Part shown: positions 12,796 to 23,661 of the stretch, piece after piece
Layout: every line of letters begins with the position of its first letter
Position numbering within the stretch: the stretch's first letter is position 1
Source: Anthoceros angustus
Taxonomy: Eukaryota; Plantae; Anthocerotophyta
DNA: 64,000 nt
Direction of reading: 5' to 3'
Assembly: GCA_010909165.1 (NCBI GenBank)
Contig: MU008174.1
Coordinates: forward strand, 62,001 to 126,000
Notes under the pieces: model-generated
What the model was told of the DNA's origin: nothing
The model's database searches: none
Seen by the model: the letters and a program-made list of their open reading frames with translations, nothing else
Position numbers and translations under genes: made by a program

Positions 12796-15700
12796 ACTCA
12801 CCCGGGGATGAAGTGGTTTCGGCCTCGAAAACGGGAGGCATGGTAGGCAGCAAGGCGTCGTCACAATGGGAAAGGTTGCGGCGGCTCCCGGTGGCCTCGA
12901 TAGAGGATAGCCCAGTACGAGATATTCAAAAGTTTGTGGTGCGGTGTTTGAGGATGCGGTCCACTTCATACATGGGTTTCCGAAGTCCAAGACGGGTGGA
13001 GGTCGGGAAGGGAGGGGCCTAGGCGGCTTTAGCAGGAAGTGTGAAAGGCGTTGTGGCACTTGTAGGAAGGAGGAAGGGCGAGGCGATAGGGCGGGGCCGA
13101 TGACTGTAATACGGAAAAGGTCCGATCCATCGATCGGCCAATTTCCGGATCCGATACCAAGGAGTGGGGTAGAAAAGCGAGTAGACAATAGCACCGATCG
13201 CCGAGAAAAAATGTGGTCGTCGATGGCGGTTGGTTTGTAGGATCTGCCGATTTTGTGCCTCAAACACATGTTGCGAACTTGCTGAAGAACTGAGCCTGTT
13301 GGAGGAAGTCCATGGCCGCGGTCTTGATCGGCAGCACATGTTAACATGGTCCTGGGATGAAATCCATAAAGAGCAAAAAAGGGTGTTGTTCCTGTGCTGG
13401 CATTCTTAGAGTTGTTGAAAGCAAACTCTGCTAAATGTAGATATTGCTCCCATTTTTCCTGCTGAGTACTGACATATGCTCGAAGAAGATCTTCAATGGT
13501 TTGAATAGCCCGCTCTGTAGCTCCATCAGTCTCTGGGTGGCTTGCTGTTGATAGATACAATTTAGTTTGTAGTCCGCGATGCATAGCTTGCCAAAACTGA
13601 GAAGTAAACCGGGGTCCCGATCACTTACTATCTTTGTGAGGCAAGCCATGGAGCTAGATATAACGAAGGTATAGCTCAGTGCATCCATCGCTGAACATGC
13701 TTGTAGTGGGGGCTAAGTGGATCATTCTCGTAAGTTTGTCGGTAAACACAAGGATTGCATCATATCCTGGGGTCAAAGGTAAACCCACTACGAAATCAAG
13801 AGTGACTTGCTCCCACGGAAGTAAGGGAATGGGCATAGGCAAGAAGACCGTACCTTAGTCCGGGAGCCTTGATCCGTTGACAAATGCCACAAAGATGGAT
13901 CCAAGTAGTGACATCATCGCCATTTTCGGCCAAGAATACTGCACTGCAAGTTGTAAAGTGTACGGTGAATGCCTGATGTCCGCAGAGGGAGTCTCATGAG
14001 CCTCCAAATAGTATAAGACGAACATGTGGTAGTGGAGGAACATAAAGCCTACTCGAAATGAAGAAGACTCACATCGATTGAGTCCATGCCCAGATCCGTA
14101 ACTTGCAGAGCATCCTTAGCAACAGGTCTGCAGCAAGTAAGGAACTCATCACCGCTTTCCTTGTACATTAATAGTGTAGTAATAGTTGTTAAACGAGACA
14201 GGCATCCGCCACACGATTCTGCTCACCAAAATATGTTGAATCGAAAAGTTGTATTGCTGGAAGTGCTCCACCAACAGCTCGCTTCCTACTCAAATGTGTT
14301 TGAGTTTGAAGATATTTCGTGGCTCGTGATCCGTCTCTAAAATGAATGGGGTGCCTCCGGACACCACCTCCATTCCTTGAGAGCTAAAACTGTGCCAAGG
14401 TTTCCTTTTCATGGGTGGTCCGATTAAGTTCAGCCCCTTTCAACTTGCGACTAAAATATGCTATAGGTTGTCGCCCATGACCTATCTTCTTTTAACCACT
14501 GATGGCAACATCAAGCATCGTAGTGACTATAAAGGAAATCTTTGGGTCGGGTAGATGAGCACAGGCGAGATTAACTTGAGGTCTTCAAATGACTCCATTG
14601 TTGAGCCCGCCATGTCCACATTGCGCCTTTTGAGTTAACCCGTGGGGGGGCCGATGGGAAAAGCGCCTATAAATTTCACGTAGTAAGATACTAAGCCGAG
14701 GAAAGATTGAACGTCCTGGACAGATCTAGGCACTGGCCATTTTTGTACTACACATACCTTTTTAGGGTCCACTCGTATCCCATCTGCTGAAACTATGTGT
14801 CCAAGGTATTCTATGCTGGTAAGCAGGAATTCACACTTCGTTTGCTGTATGAATAGCTTCTGTCTCCGTAACCTAAGCAGGACTTCTCGTAGTAAAGTAA
14901 TATGCTCCTCTACTGTCTTGCTGTAGATGAGTATATCATCTAAATAAACCAACACCCCTTTCCTGATTAAATCACGCATAGTGTCGTTCATCGATTCTTT
15001 GGAAAGTGCTAGGAGCATTAACCAAACCAAAACTCATGACTAGCCACTCATAGTGCCCATCCCTCGTGTTAAAAGTCTTCTCGATGTCTTCATCACGGAT
15101 TTGGTGAGGCTGCCAAATCTAACCGTGAAGTACTTGGCCCCTTGCAATTGCTCAAGCATCTCATCAATCCGTGGTAGGGGTAGCAATTTCGTTTGGTGAT
15201 ATTGTTGAGTCCTCTATAGTCCATGCACATCGTAGTCCCTCTTTTTTTGAAGAGAATAGGGGCCCCACGGAGACTTTGAAGGACGGATGAATCCTTTCGC
15301 AAAGGGCTTGGCATCGAGCTTCCTCCAATTCCGTGGGTGATAATCGATACCTGAGCGGTATGGGGCTTGATGCCCGGTGAGTCGACTCTATCTTATGATC
15401 CACACTCTGAGGGGAAGCCTTGGTGGCAACCCTTGAACAACCACATCTTGAAACTCCAGCAGTCCGAACTTGACCTCTTGAACCACAAGACCTTTCTTAT
15501 CTACAACATCTTCTTCCCCGAAACGCCACAACTTCATTATCCGTTGTTGGTGGTGCAGCCCAAGCGACTCATGAGCAGCTAAAGCAGTGCTCTACCCGCA
15601 TCTCTCCTTCCGGAAATATTAGGATTACGTTCCTCCAACCACTCCATCCCCAAGATTACATCACAATTAATTGGCAGCGGAGTTATTGTACAGCAGAATG

Positions 15701-16935
15701 TAATCGGCGTCCTATCCTAAGAGGTACACACTTACTTTGCGTCCGGGCGGTAGCTCCCCATTCGCGAAGTGACAAACCATTTTCTTGTGTCGGTCCAGGT
15801 TGGGCAAACCGTGTTGACATGAAATTACAACTTGCTCCACGTCCACGAGGATGGCACACGGCCATCCACACTCCCACGTAAGAGATTCCAGTACCCTCGT
15901 CTTGGATGGGGCTAATCTCAGGCTATGGCCGCTTCCCTCGTGGCCATGCCTACGTTTTCCGTCTTTTGGGTCTCCACCGCCATAGCTACTATCTCATTCA
16001 AGTGCTCCTGCCGTAGTGGTATTGCGCTGTGGCCTTGCCTCCGAGCCACTGTCCCTATGCGGAGGCACACACTAGCTTGTGCCCCATTCGTTACAATTAA
16101 AACATCGGCCTCGAAATTCTTGAATCCGCCCAAGCTCCATAGGCACCGCCCGAACTAGGGCTAGAAGTCATCCTCCACGTAGCCTCGGTCCCATCCCTTA
16201 TCTCGCATCGCATCGTAGTAAAGGGCATCTGCTGTCGCTAGTGTCATTGCATCCAATGTCTGCATCCCGTAGTTTCACCTCTTGCGAATCAGAAACTTCA
16301 ATCCTCGAGTGTAGCGGTCTCGTTTCGCTTCACTCATATCGGGTATGGCCATCACCAGCTCAAAACTCACGATTGTATTCAACAACACTCTTCCTCCGCA
16401 CCGCCACTAATTTATCTCAACCTCCGACCCTCCGTGGAACAAACGTGGTTCGGAGGGCTATCAAAAACTCATCTAACTGTGAAGTCGGCAAGCTCCCTTG
16501 CGCTGGACTGATTCTGGCGTCAGAGCCACCAAGTAGACGCCCCTCGCAAAAATCCGCCGATCTACTGCAGAGGTGGGGGCACCAACCGAGGCGCACATAC
16601 CTTTTCACTTGATCAATCCTTATCCACCGCCTCGGCTCCTCTTTCCCATCAAGTTCTCGCCTTGATCCCTTTACCTTTTCCATACCTTGAAGCCGTGACA
16701 TAGGGTCTGATGGATTTGCAAGGCCGCTGTAACGCTTGCTCAAGGTGAGCAATCCGCTCACTCGATGCCCGCTCCAACCGGGCAATCCTTTCATTGAGGC
16801 AGCGGCTAGCCGAGCATCCACGCCAGCTCCCCCCGCTTCAAATTCCTATTGCCGGCGTGTCGACGCCCTTGGCCAACTCCTTCGTCCGCAACCACGCCCG
16901 CACGCCCCGAACGCTGGACGAGGCTCGATACCGCC

Positions 16936-17091
16936 TAAGCTCGAGGCGGTGAAGAGTACCAAAAACTTTGCCTTACATACCGTTTGCCGCAGGTTCTCCA
17001 TTTATATCCACCATGGCGGCTCGTATAAAGACATCGACGGCAAGGTATACATATGTGTCCGTATGTTGCCTAACACTCATATCGCCTAACA
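16936..17091 (-). repeat. 5' LTR of the gypsy element (~155 bp), with adjacent PBS-like site
   Basis: Begins TGTTAGGCGATATGAG on the minus strand and matches 12642-12795. Minus-strand GGTATCGAGC at 16923-16932 resembles the tRNA-iMet PBS TGGTATCAGAGC. Confidence 0.85.
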
Positions 17092-17582
17092 TGCCGGGTG
17101 CAAGCAGAAAATGCCGGGCGGCGTACCAGCAGCGGGACGCTGGAGGAGGTCGGGTGTCCGAGCAGAGGAGAGGACCGTGGTCGCCATCCGAGTGACAAAT
17201 GATCTCAACATTCTCATCACAAGTCTTGCTCGAACTAGTTGCTAGTCCCGACAGACTCACCAATAAATGCATAACATGTGCTATCTCGCCTTGTAGGCCC
17301 GGATGATATCACCGCCATGAGAGTGGAGAGGCTGGGCAAGCAGGCGCCACAGTAAGTAGGTTGTTCTAGCTCCTCCGGGTCTTCTGCTCATCCATAGGTA
17401 CCAGCCATCCCCAATCTCATCTCCTCTCCCGATGCACATGGTATACAGAATGTAAGGATTCCAAAGAATCCACTTCACGTTTTGTGCCAAGTGTGGTAGC
17501 GAAAGGATGCTCGTGTGTGTTTGATGGACTCAAGTTTGTTGTGCTTAACTCAGCCCATGCGGTTGCGCTTTTACAATCGCAG

Positions 17583-18038
17583 ACATTGCCTATCTTGATG
17601 GCAAGCATACCGTATGTCCAAATTGTGGTCTCGTAGCTAACTGCGTGCTGGGGTTTTTTTTTCTTCTCAAGTGTTGAAACTGAACTTCTGGGGAGACTGC
17701 TGGACAGACATTTTGAGGGCCTTGAGACTCTCGTGCGGATTAATGACGCTCATGTTGATGAGGAAGGCCGTCCCTACAAGAGCATCAGGTTTGCTTGGAT
17801 CCACTAAACTCCAGTTCTTGCACAGTTTAGGGGATGGCTCACAGCTTATGCTATGACTTAAGGTCACAGAGCATGGTCATGCAGTGCTTTAAGGCTATGT
17901 GGTTTTCACGATGTTCTTGGTTGTACACTGGAAGAGAACTAAGTAGCCATAGTTTATGTTGGAAGCAGGATAAAGCACACGTACATGGTGGATGATCCCT
18001 TCCATGATCCTCAACTTGCTAGCCTAATACCCGAAAGG
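17583..18038 (+). pseudogene. CYP59: Intron-containing internal fragment of a CYP59/PPIL4-type cyclophilin gene
   Basis: Three exon-like pieces translate to DIAYLDGKHT, EGLETLVRINDAHVDEEGRPYKSIR and IKHTYMVDDPFHDPQLASLIPE. This matches the end of the CYP59/PPIL4 cyclophilin domain. No N-terminus or RRM was seen nearby. Confidence 0.8.
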
Positions 18039-19159
18039 TTTTGAGCTCAAGCCCCGGAGAGCTCAATCCGCCATGATTCCCTCAAATTCCGTATCCCGAG
18101 GCCCTCAAGTAGCCAAGTGCCACTCAAAATATAGTACCCCGGCTTCTCATGCTCAACCGGTGGCTTACTTGATGACACAGCCTACGGGAGAACCTAACCT
18201 CTAGTGGTAGGCGGCGTACCATCATGCTTTGCATTTCCTTTACCTCCTGCAATAGGCTTTGCAGATTCGCATGTTGTACCACTCTTCTCCCATGCTTCGC
18301 TTGGATGCTTCACACGTGCAGCGAGGATGAAATGAGCGGACGGGCCAGTGAAAATTCACCACGGGATTCGTGATATGTCAATGCCACGGGCACATGTAGT
18401 TCCAATTAAGAAAATTCACAGGTCCGAGATCAAATGTTGCTTTTATTAACATTAATTTTTCCATCTTTCATTCAAAAGCGTCGCCATACTACAGAACGAA
18501 CGAACTACTTTACACTTTTATATAGCGTATTTAAATAAATTTTATAAATAAATATCATTGTAAAAATAAAAGAAATGCTAAATATTATAACTTATTCAAT
18601 CTAAACATTCCAACCTTTGGGTACTAACATGGTGGAAAAGTACAAGGACTATAATGCATTGAATACTTCGGCTTGCACATATGCATCACACCACTTTAAG
18701 TTAGACACATTGATATCCACCTTGCAAGTTAAACTAAACACAAAAAAGTCGCTTATAAAAAGTTGAAAAGAAGATTTTTTCTTGAAGCAAGAAGCTTTTG
18801 TAAATACTACCTGCTATTGACAAGATAAAGAAAAAGATGTATATTATAATAAATAAGTGCTAAATATATTTCTACATCTTAAGTTTTTCTTGTGAAAAAT
18901 TCAAAGGCTCAATTACTCTAATTTACATCCGCTTTTGACAGTAATGTACATATCTATCAAGAACCAATTACTTTACTTCATCAAATTGCAAGTATCTTTT
19001 ATACCTCTCAACAAAGTGGGAGGTACATACCTAGGTAGTGCTTTTCTTGGATAACTATCATATTCGTTAATGGCAATAATCTAAAACTAAATAAGGAAAC
19101 TTGAACACAAAGAAACAACTCCAACTAACATCACCCATGATACCAACTGTTTCACCCCA

Positions 19160-19757
19160 CTATTGCGGAGGTTGGGCTACGCGAGACCCAAAGCTATCCA
19201 TGGAGTTGTGGTTAGTCAAGGATCGCGATGTCTGGGTGGTAGGAAATGCAATAAGGGTGAATTTTTGACCCAAAGAACAGTGGCCTGGTATTCCACAAAT
19301 GAAGTAGTAGGGTCCAGGCTTGGTAAGAGTAATAGCTGTCTTTCCACTACCATGTGTCGCAATCGCATTGTTGGTGTTACAACTACTGTACTCCTCTTGT
19401 GAGCTTACTTGCACCACGCTGTGAATCTCTCCCACATATGTGAATACTGCATACAAGTGACTTGAAATATTTTAATAAGTTGAAGCAACAATATAGCACA
19501 TATCCAAATGTAGGTTGATTAAGGTTGGGAAGTTTGATGTTCTGTGAGTCAGGAAGATTGGAATGCTTACATAGTGTGTCTCCCACATGGTATTTATGAC
19601 CAGAGGCCCATGAAGTGTAGTTCACATTAGCGAGAATGGGCAAAGTCCACCCATCCTCGTCACCCACTGCAAACTGTGTTGGAGCTACTGCACCTTGGAC
19701 AATGTTGATTGCAAGCAAAAGGCATACTCCCATACAAAGCTGGCATTTCATGTCCAT
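19160..19757 (-). CDS. Phytocyanin (stellacyanin-type blue copper protein), exons 19757-19571 and 19446-19160
   Basis: Signal peptide followed by VGDEDGW, NYTSWA, YHVGDTL|LFTY, HSV and YYFICGIPGHCSLGQK. Copper ligands are H, C, H, Q. The phase-1 GT-AG intron at 19570-19447 splices in frame. Confidence 0.92.
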
Positions 19758-19859
19758 CTTGCTAGTGCATGAAATAGAGGTTACTACTATTGAACAATCT
19801 CTTTGAAGAAACCCTTCAAAGTTTGCAGCTAGCTAGGAAGTTGCAGCAACAGAAATGAG

Positions 19860-20086
19860 CTCACATAACTGTTGAAATGAGAGGAACATGCCACTTATGC
19901 CAAAAGAAAGGCAGCATGGCAGTTACAGTAGCCTCCTCGCATAACTGTTGAAATAAGGGGCCAAATGCCACTGATGCCCAAAGAAAGGCAACATGGCTGA
20001 TAGGGTAGGCTCCTCACATAACTGTTGAAACAAGGGGCCACTTACGCCAAAAGAAAGGCAGCATGGCAGTTAGGGTAGGCTCCTCA
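19860..20086. repeat. Three copies of a ~70-77-bp unit directly upstream of the phytocyanin
   Basis: CTC(A/G)CATAACTGTTGAAA...GCCACT...AAAGAAAGGCA(G/A)CATGGC...GTAG(C/G)CTC occurs three times. Confidence 0.9.
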
Positions 20087-20251
20087 ACTGCTGCTCAAAA
20101 CTGCCAGTTCATGGTGTGAGGACAGCCACCAAACGTTGTCACTCAATCTTGAAGGTAATGCCTCTCAACCATCATCTTAGGTTGTGGAGCGTGAAAAGCA
20201 GAGATAGTTCGCTTGACACTTGAAGAGATAGGGAGCATGAGCATGGAAGCA

Positions 20252-20410
20252 CAAAGGGACAACTTTAGTACCAAAAGACATTGACGGATATAGATTAAAG
20301 TACTTTTGTTTATCAATATGGCTTTATGCAAAAGGGGACAACCTTAGTGCCAAAAGACATAGACGGACATAGATTAAAGTACTTTTCTATATAAATCTGA
20401 CTTTATGCAA
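20252..20410. repeat. ~80-bp tandem duplication
   Basis: GGGACAAC.TTAGT.CCAAAAGACAT.GACGGA.ATAGATTAAAGTACTTTT...CTTTATGCAAA occurs twice. Confidence 0.85.
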
Positions 20411-20694
20411 ACAGATAGTCCTACGTCTACCATTTTCTTGTGTTTATCCTACGCTTAGGTATATTCTACTTTATTTTCTTGTATTACCTATTAGGTTTAT
20501 AGATAGGTATATTCAGCTTCTTTTTCTAGTATTTACCTATTAGGTACATATGTACTTAGGTGTATTTAACTTTTAGACAATAGAAAATACAGTTTCAAAT
20601 TTATTTTTTGTAGGTGGGAAGTCTTTTATTTCTAGGTTTTCAAAGAAATAAGCTAGGGCACGTACCTGATTATTTTAATTTTATAAATTTAGGT

Positions 20695-21529
20695 TTATAT
20701 ATTAATCAAAAGTTACTAATAAAATCAGGCATTCTTGTTAAAATACCACTAAGTCATGATAAGCTAAACCTGTATTTTCAGGATCAACTTCTTTTGCTAC
20801 TTGGTCTGCTAACATGCTAAGTTCATTTTCTTCAAGTCCTGCTGAGGAAGGAACTCTTTTCAACAAATGAAGTGAAGGACGAACCATAGGTGTTGAACAT
20901 GTGACAAGATCGATTCCATGCATAATGTCCTCTGCACATATTGCATGCGGCATGTGAAAATGACTATCCTCATTTCAAACTAGTTTTAACAAGTTGGTGC
21001 AAAAACATTTCTCCCTACTAAAATTACCTTTGCCAATTAGATCATCTCCATCAAAATCCCATATTGCAAATGCCCATATCATTTTATTTCGCAATGTGTG
21101 GGGAAAAAGCGATATCATATTCAAAAACTTCAAGGTTAAAACTCGACATGTCCTCACTAAATAAATCACATATTCTTGATTTAAAAGGATTTGCACGCAA
21201 TTCCTCCACTTGAAGCAAATCATCTTTGTTGATTATATCTCCACCGTAGCACTTATCATCTTTGCATTCCCAAGATCATAAGTGTTAGATTTGTAAAACA
21301 ATTCGGTTTGATGTTGCTGGTTTGATGGACTTCATTTTTACCGTTGTACTCTCGCAATTTTATTGGATTTTATGATCCGTGAATGCTTACCTCGAAATTT
21401 ATTGTACAACTTTGTAATTTCTGATTTACTAAAAGGGTACTTATTCTTGAATCTATCTATATCTTCTTGAGGCAATACCCTCAATATTCTTTTGGAGGTC
21501 TTGGGGCTTTATGTAACACCTCTCCCCAT
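20695..21529 (-). CDS. CIB-like (calcium- and integrin-binding family) EF-hand protein, exons ~21529-21391, 21259-21028 and 20931-20695; disrupted as assembled
   Basis: Manual splicing gives MGRGVT*SPK...PFSKSEITKLYNKFR | ...VEELRANPFKSRICDLFSEDMS/..KFLNMISLF..NKMIWAFAIWDFDGDDLIGK | EDIMHGIDLVT...EVDPENTGLAYHDL/GILTRMPDFISNF/INI*. Both GT-AG introns are phase 1 and join in frame. There is one early in-frame TAA and several small deletions, so it is either a pseudogene or carries consensus errors. Confidence 0.8.
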
Positions 21530-22523
21530 CGCTTTTGTTATTTCCATACTTGTTTGCAACAAGAAATCATTGGAAAAGCTAAAGAGAGTGAAGGAGAGCT
21601 GTGAGCTCGTATAATAGAATATTATATATAATATATATACATATATATAATACCCTTAAGTTAAATATATCTAATTATTTTTATATTTTTAATTTTATGA
21701 TAAATTATAGGTAAATATATGAATCTAATATTAAATAAAAATGACATTTAAGGTACTATTCCAAACTTGACACGTTTTATTTTTGGATTCAGGTTGAATT
21801 TTTATATAAGCAAGCACTTGTACATAAGCAAGAATTTGTATATAAGAATGACAAGATGACATGCATAAATCGAGAAATTTTTCAAAGTTTTTTATGCGCC
21901 TCTATGGTTTAGTGGTACTGCTTTTGTGGAGAGAAGTTAGTTGTTTTTAACCTAATGTTTTGGATACAATTGATTAATTGTTACATTACTTTTTAGCTAC
22001 TATAAATGTATGTCTAGTAATGATGTACACATGTACGTGTACTCTTTTCTTCCACCTAATTTACTGCACTTTTGTCCCACCCTTAGTGAACATAAATAAA
22101 GTTGCTGTTGTTGTAGAGAGTCAATCTTGTAAAATAATGGTCCGAGTTCGCAGTGGAGGTATTCTCCTATTTTATCTTCACCTTTGTAACCTAAATGCTC
22201 AATCTTGTTTCCATAATTGTAGATATCCCAATGTTTCATCCTCATCATTGTAGGCTATATCAAAAATCATTTTTTGGATTTTTTTCTTTTTGAATGAAGA
22301 GAATATGAGACGAAAAAAATATATAAGCAAACCGTCCATGTCTATATAATAATAAATTACTATATTAATTTAACTATTAAAATAAATACATATAATTTAT
22401 TTTTAACTTTATATATATTATAATGGTTTTTATAATGCAACAATAATATCAATGAATGTAGATTGTGTGTTTAAATTTGCTTTTCTTGTATAAAATAAAA
22501 TGGAAAAAGGAGTTCTACTTTTG

Positions 22524-23132
22524 TCAAAGTTTATTCAATTTGGTTACAACTCCAACTCTTAGACATTGGTCAAAAGATCCAAATACACATAATCCTTCTT
22601 TGTCGGGACTCCAACTAAAAGAGCAAATTGGTTGTGTTGACAACGATTTGGATGACAAGAGATTACAACAACCCATTATCCCATACTCTTTTCCATTGTC
22701 ATCTTTCATGGATCTTTTATCGATATGAATATTTATATAGATTTAAAGAACCATCACCACCCAAAATCATAAACACCTCTCTATTTTGAGGTAAATGCTT
22801 AACACCCCAAACCGTGGTGCCATGCTCCAAGTTTTGTGTTAAGCTAGCAAACCCTTTTCAAAGATGATAAGTTCTTACATCATAGACATTGAATTGTGCT
22901 TCTAACGTAGTAGCTACAATTTTGTTCATCTTGATGTCTTTACGATCAAATTGCACACCACAGACTCCATTTTTCATACTTGTCTCCCATCGGATAGCAC
23001 CTGCTCTAAGGTCAAATAATTTCACATCCCCATTGTCGTAGCCAGCTAAAACACAGCGTTCTTCATCATTGTATGAGTTTCCAAATGCAACGGCCCAGCA
23101 ATCTCGTGCAATATCTTTATTTTCGTGGTCAA
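22524..23132 (-). CDS. WDR92: WDR92/DNAAF10 dynein axonemal assembly factor, 3' half only (cut at N 23133), with small frameshifts
   Basis: Diagnostic WDR92 sequence: [104 protein letters not shown]. Confidence 0.92.
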
Positions 23133-23661
23133 NCACCGACAGGCCTGCATCCACTCCCCGCAGTAGCACGCTGCCGTCTCGACCTGCAGCGAGGACATGC
23201 ACGCCATGCGGGTGGCGGGATCTGGACGCCGCGCGCATGAGCGTTGCATCGATCGAATGCCCCGCCTCGCCTCGGCTGGCCTCGCCTGCCGTCGCCGGCG
23301 TCTCCTTTCTGCCAGCTGCCGCCACCGGCTGACGCCCCACCGCATCAGCCAGGACAGTCCATCCCGCGCCCTGTGCGGTCGGTCGGTCATGTGACGAGAC
23401 TGCAGCTCCAGTCGTCTCTCTCGCCGGCTCTCTCTCTCTCTTTCCCTCCCGCCTCCTTATCCTCTCCAACCGGGCTCTCCGCTCTCTCCCGTATTTTAGT
23501 ACTTACGCTGCGGGAGCACAGAGTGAACTGAACTTGAAAGGTCTCGCGCGGGCTTGGAGCCTCACTCCGGGCTCCCAGCGTGAAACAAGGAAGGAGACGC
23601 GAATTCTGATTCGCGAATCGGGAGTCGCGAATTCTTTGTGAATCGGGAATTGTGATGCGCG

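Larger units (their letters stand above)
12642..17091 (-). mobile_element. Ty3/gypsy chromovirus, near full length but degenerate
   Basis: Paired direct repeats at the ends. Internal order is gag, protease (GASCNF, CDVILGMEWL), RT (YLDDILIYSKTVEEH), RNase H, integrase (PWEQVTLDFVVGLP, HPETDGATER) and chromodomain (MYEVDRILKHR...EYLV..GYPLSEAT at ~12880-12975). Confidence 0.92.

Noticed and set aside
20695-21529. Ordinary plant CBL calcium sensor
   Set aside because: It lacks the C-terminal FPSF motif and the many-intron CBL structure, and its motifs fit the CIB family better.
22858-23469. 203-aa ORF suggesting WDR92 fused to a novel N-terminus
   Set aside because: It reads through the N at 23133, where composition changes abruptly. 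This is most likely a contig-join artefact.
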